A DNA stretch of 64,000 nt from Azolla caroliniana (lineage: Eukaryota; Plantae; Polypodiophyta): contig JBHGNT010000022.1 of assembly GCA_043228905.1 (NCBI GenBank), positions 9,362,001-9,426,000 on the forward strand, in the 5' to 3' direction. A program made the position numbers and the translations under genes. Numbering within the stretch: position 1 is the stretch's first letter; each line of letters starts with the position of its first letter. This document shows, piece after piece, positions 61,347 through 64,000 of this stretch. Under the pieces are notes generated by a model. The model searched no databases and was not told where the DNA came from. It was given only the letters and a program-made list of their open reading frames with translations.

Positions 61347-62424
61347 TGTCGTGAAGTATGAAAGCTTCACATTAAAAGTCTACAATCAAATAAATACGTA
61401 ACTAAAATAACATTTGATAATGTTTTATATATAAAGATAATATTAACAACACATATGATAATATTATATATATGTAAAGAAAAATACTATATATGTATAT
61501 ATATATATATATAATATTACATGAACAAGAGAGGACTTGAAACAATAACCCCACCCTATGACTTTCAAATCTTACCATTTACTCTATACTAATAATATAT
61601 ATAAAATAGAGGATTTCCTTCGTGATATAAAAACGACGTTACATGTTGTAAATTCAATAATGTTTGAGAGACTCGAACCCACAACCTCATATACCAAAGT
61701 CAACACACCTACCATTAGGCTAGGTCCTTCGTATTTAAAACTATATTTTCATGTTTATTCTTATGCCAGATATTTTTTTCATACATGAAAGCTCAAATGA
61801 GCGAGATGCCTATCATGCATCAGATGTAATGCATGAACGCTAAATGGCGATCATGCATCACATGCATTTCATGCATGACTTGTACCCTCCAATGCATCAT
61901 ATGCATGGGGGCACCTATTTAAATGGTGAAAGAGAAGATGAAAGGGAAGAAGTATGAGATATCAATCAAATTATGTATTACATAAGAGATAGCATAAAAA
62001 TAGAGAAAGAAGGGAAGAAGTTTAAGATAAATGTGGAGCTCTAGCTTGGCGGTCGTGGTGGTCAACTCTCAACAAGAGGGAGGCAGTTCGAGCCTTATCT
62101 TCATCAAAATATTGAAGTGAAGATTGTAGTGGTCTACTATCAAGAAAGAGAAGAGCGATTACCTTGCAAGACAAAGTTCATTTTGTAACTCTTTCATGAA
62201 AATGATTATAAATTTCATACACTTTCTCATATATTATTTTATATCTTATCTTGTCTTATCTTATATTCCTTAAAAATCCTATTTTGTCATATCTTATTTA
62301 TCTCTATTCACTCCATCTCTACTCTTTCGTCTCTTCTGTCCATAATCCCAGTGATTCCTTCCTCACTTTCACGTTATCCTTTATGTGCGCAACGCTACGC
62401 TTCTAGGTGAGCCACGTCACGACA
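61347..62424 (+). mobile_element. Solo LTR with Trp-clade termini (1078 bp)
   Basis: TGTCGTGA...TCACGACA termini with perfect TSD CCGT. The left junction is duplicated 132 bp upstream. Confidence 0.9.
61669..61722 (-). promoter_or_regulatory. tRNA-type A/B-box module in solo LTR
   Basis: Minus strand TAGCCTAATGG-32nt-GGTTCGAGTC. Further modules at 62042-62095 (plus) and a degenerate one at 61533-61586 (minus). Confidence 0.65.
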
Positions 62425-63596
62425 CCGTTTTTCCTTCAACCTCCTTGTCGGCCACCTCCTTCTGTATGTGCATATTTGCCTCGGGCCACGTCTCCTCGCA
62501 GCCACCTCCCATCTCTCCAATCTTATGTTGGCAATCGGGCACAACCGCCAAAGTCTCCAGAACCAGTGTCGAGGAATCTCATCTTCGTCCGCAATCGATT
62601 GCCCCATTATCCATGTCGTCATATTGGTCCTCCGCTTTTCCGCCGCCACCTTCCGTTTCTCCAGTCTCACGTCTGCTCTCGGGACCAACCACTAAAGTCT
62701 CTAGAATCGATGTCGGGAAAGTACCGGCACCATCGCTCTCTGACAACTTGTCCATAGCCACTTCCGTTCGGACGCCGTTATCCGTGGTTATCTCATCCTC
62801 GATTATGCTTGCATCCTCTTCGTTCAATCTTTCGGGCAACCGTGTTCCGAACCATACGTCCACTCTTGAAGTGGTGTTCGTCGCTCCATAGTTCCTGGCC
62901 TTATCCTTGTCCGTCTTTTTTCGGCAAGATGAGAGGGTGGCTTCCTCCCCGTTCTCCGATCGTCTCAAGCCCGACTCCATAATAGACCCTCCTTCGGCAT
63001 CGATCTTCATCTTGAAGATGTCATACGACTCCCTTACAAATGCCTCTATGTCGAGATCCACAGAACCATTCTGCGATAAGAACTCCTCCTTCGGTGGTAG
63101 TGCGTAGTCACTTGCCACCCTCTTCTTGCCGCAACTTGCGAACCGTGTTGAGGCCGACCGCTTCTCATCATGTCGCCAGCATACTTTCTCTACATCGGTC
63201 CAATCCTCGGTGAGGCCATTTGCTCCATCATCGTCTTCGACCTGAAGTAAAATGTCCATCCTTTCCTCTCGATCGATCGACTTAAAAAATAATAGAACTG
63301 TGTCCACCCCCACCAATCTTTGATCATGCTCCTAGAGTTGAGCAAAACGATGTTGAAACCCTTTGAATGCTTTCATTGCGCTTTGGTGGGTCTTTGCAGA
63401 TGCTACCCATTCTTCAAACTCGTGCCGAACTCGCGCCTTTGGTCTCTCATACCCACATGCCTCCAATAGAGCTTCCTCGAAGGACTCCCACGACTCATGA
63501 GCTTCTTGAAGCTTCTAGACCTCTTCGTGTATCGTGTTGTCTGCCTGGCCGGACTAGCCTCAACACAGGTGTCTATCCGACACTTCTCCAAAGGGG

Positions 63597-63927
63597 TGGT
63601 AAGGATTGGATGCTAGGTTACACGCGTAAGATGATTACAATTAAGCACAGACGGTAAACAATACGAAGATACAGATAAACACGCAATAATTACTTTTGTA
63701 TTACTTCCGTCAAACCCTTTACAATTCATCGGATCCTTTTATAGGCATCCAGCAAGGTTACAAAAGGTGCGCTTAGGCAACCAACATCCGAATCGGTCTG
63801 GATCCGGATCGGTACAACTGTACCGGATCCGTCCCTCCGAATAATAATTCTACTATTATTTACTTCCTATTATCCGCATGCTGCGCCCTGGGTCGGTGGA
63901 AAATGTCGAATTCAAATTCCTGTAACA
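63597..63927 (-). repeat. Probable LTR
   Basis: Minus strand starts TGTTACAGG, contains CTATAAAAG, ends CCTTACCA. No TSD found. Confidence 0.45.
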
Positions 63928-64000
63928 ACAGTGTCCATCGTGTAATTTTTCCCGTCAGGGATGCCTTCGAGACCAGGTAGAGTAGTGCCGAATGGTCGAC
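63928..64000 (-). pseudogene. Gypsy RNase H fragment
   Basis: Minus strand reads VDHSALLYLVSKASLTGKITRWTL, similar to ~52627 VDHSTLLYLVEKQALIGKLVRWML. Confidence 0.8.

Larger units (their letters stand above)
61045..63590 (-). mobile_element. Internal fragment of another gag-only element related to B
   Basis: ORF 62579-63316 (VLLFFKSIDREERMDI...GLTEDW). 61055-61170 is homologous to 24700-24806. Confidence 0.8.

Overview
This window is a land-plant heterochromatic stack of nested LTR retrotransposons and contains no host genes. A bryophyte/moss origin is my inference from the element types. Target-site duplications (TSDs) and reading frames that resume across insertions give six nesting levels: Copia A (~3925-61044) > Trp-primed gag-only element B (9029-60384, minus) > Copia C (24807-59102) > tailed Copia D (~34137-58841) > gag-only element E (36655-45429) > an intact Tnt1/Tto1-like Copia F (38351-43678) with apparently identical LTRs. 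Also present are a tRNA-Trp-primed Gypsy carrying a tandem LTR-gag-LTR-gag-LTR array, an Arg-primed Gypsy with 3' extra ORFs, a non-coding relative of it, and several solo LTRs. The most unusual observations are: (1) two related elements have an inverted second PBS (a copy of a tRNA-Arg 3' end ending in CCA) where the polypurine tract (PPT) should be; (2) three distinct LTR families with Trp-clade termini carry tRNA-type Pol III A/B-box modules, analogous to the 5S RNA in Cassandra LTRs; (3) all six 4-bp target sites of that clade are NCGT or its CpG-decay product; (4) a covarying hairpin precedes their PPT; (5) a Copia family has a double PPT and an in-frame tail after RNase H. Coordinates were read by eye, and tRNA assignments rely on recalled plant tRNA 3' ends.
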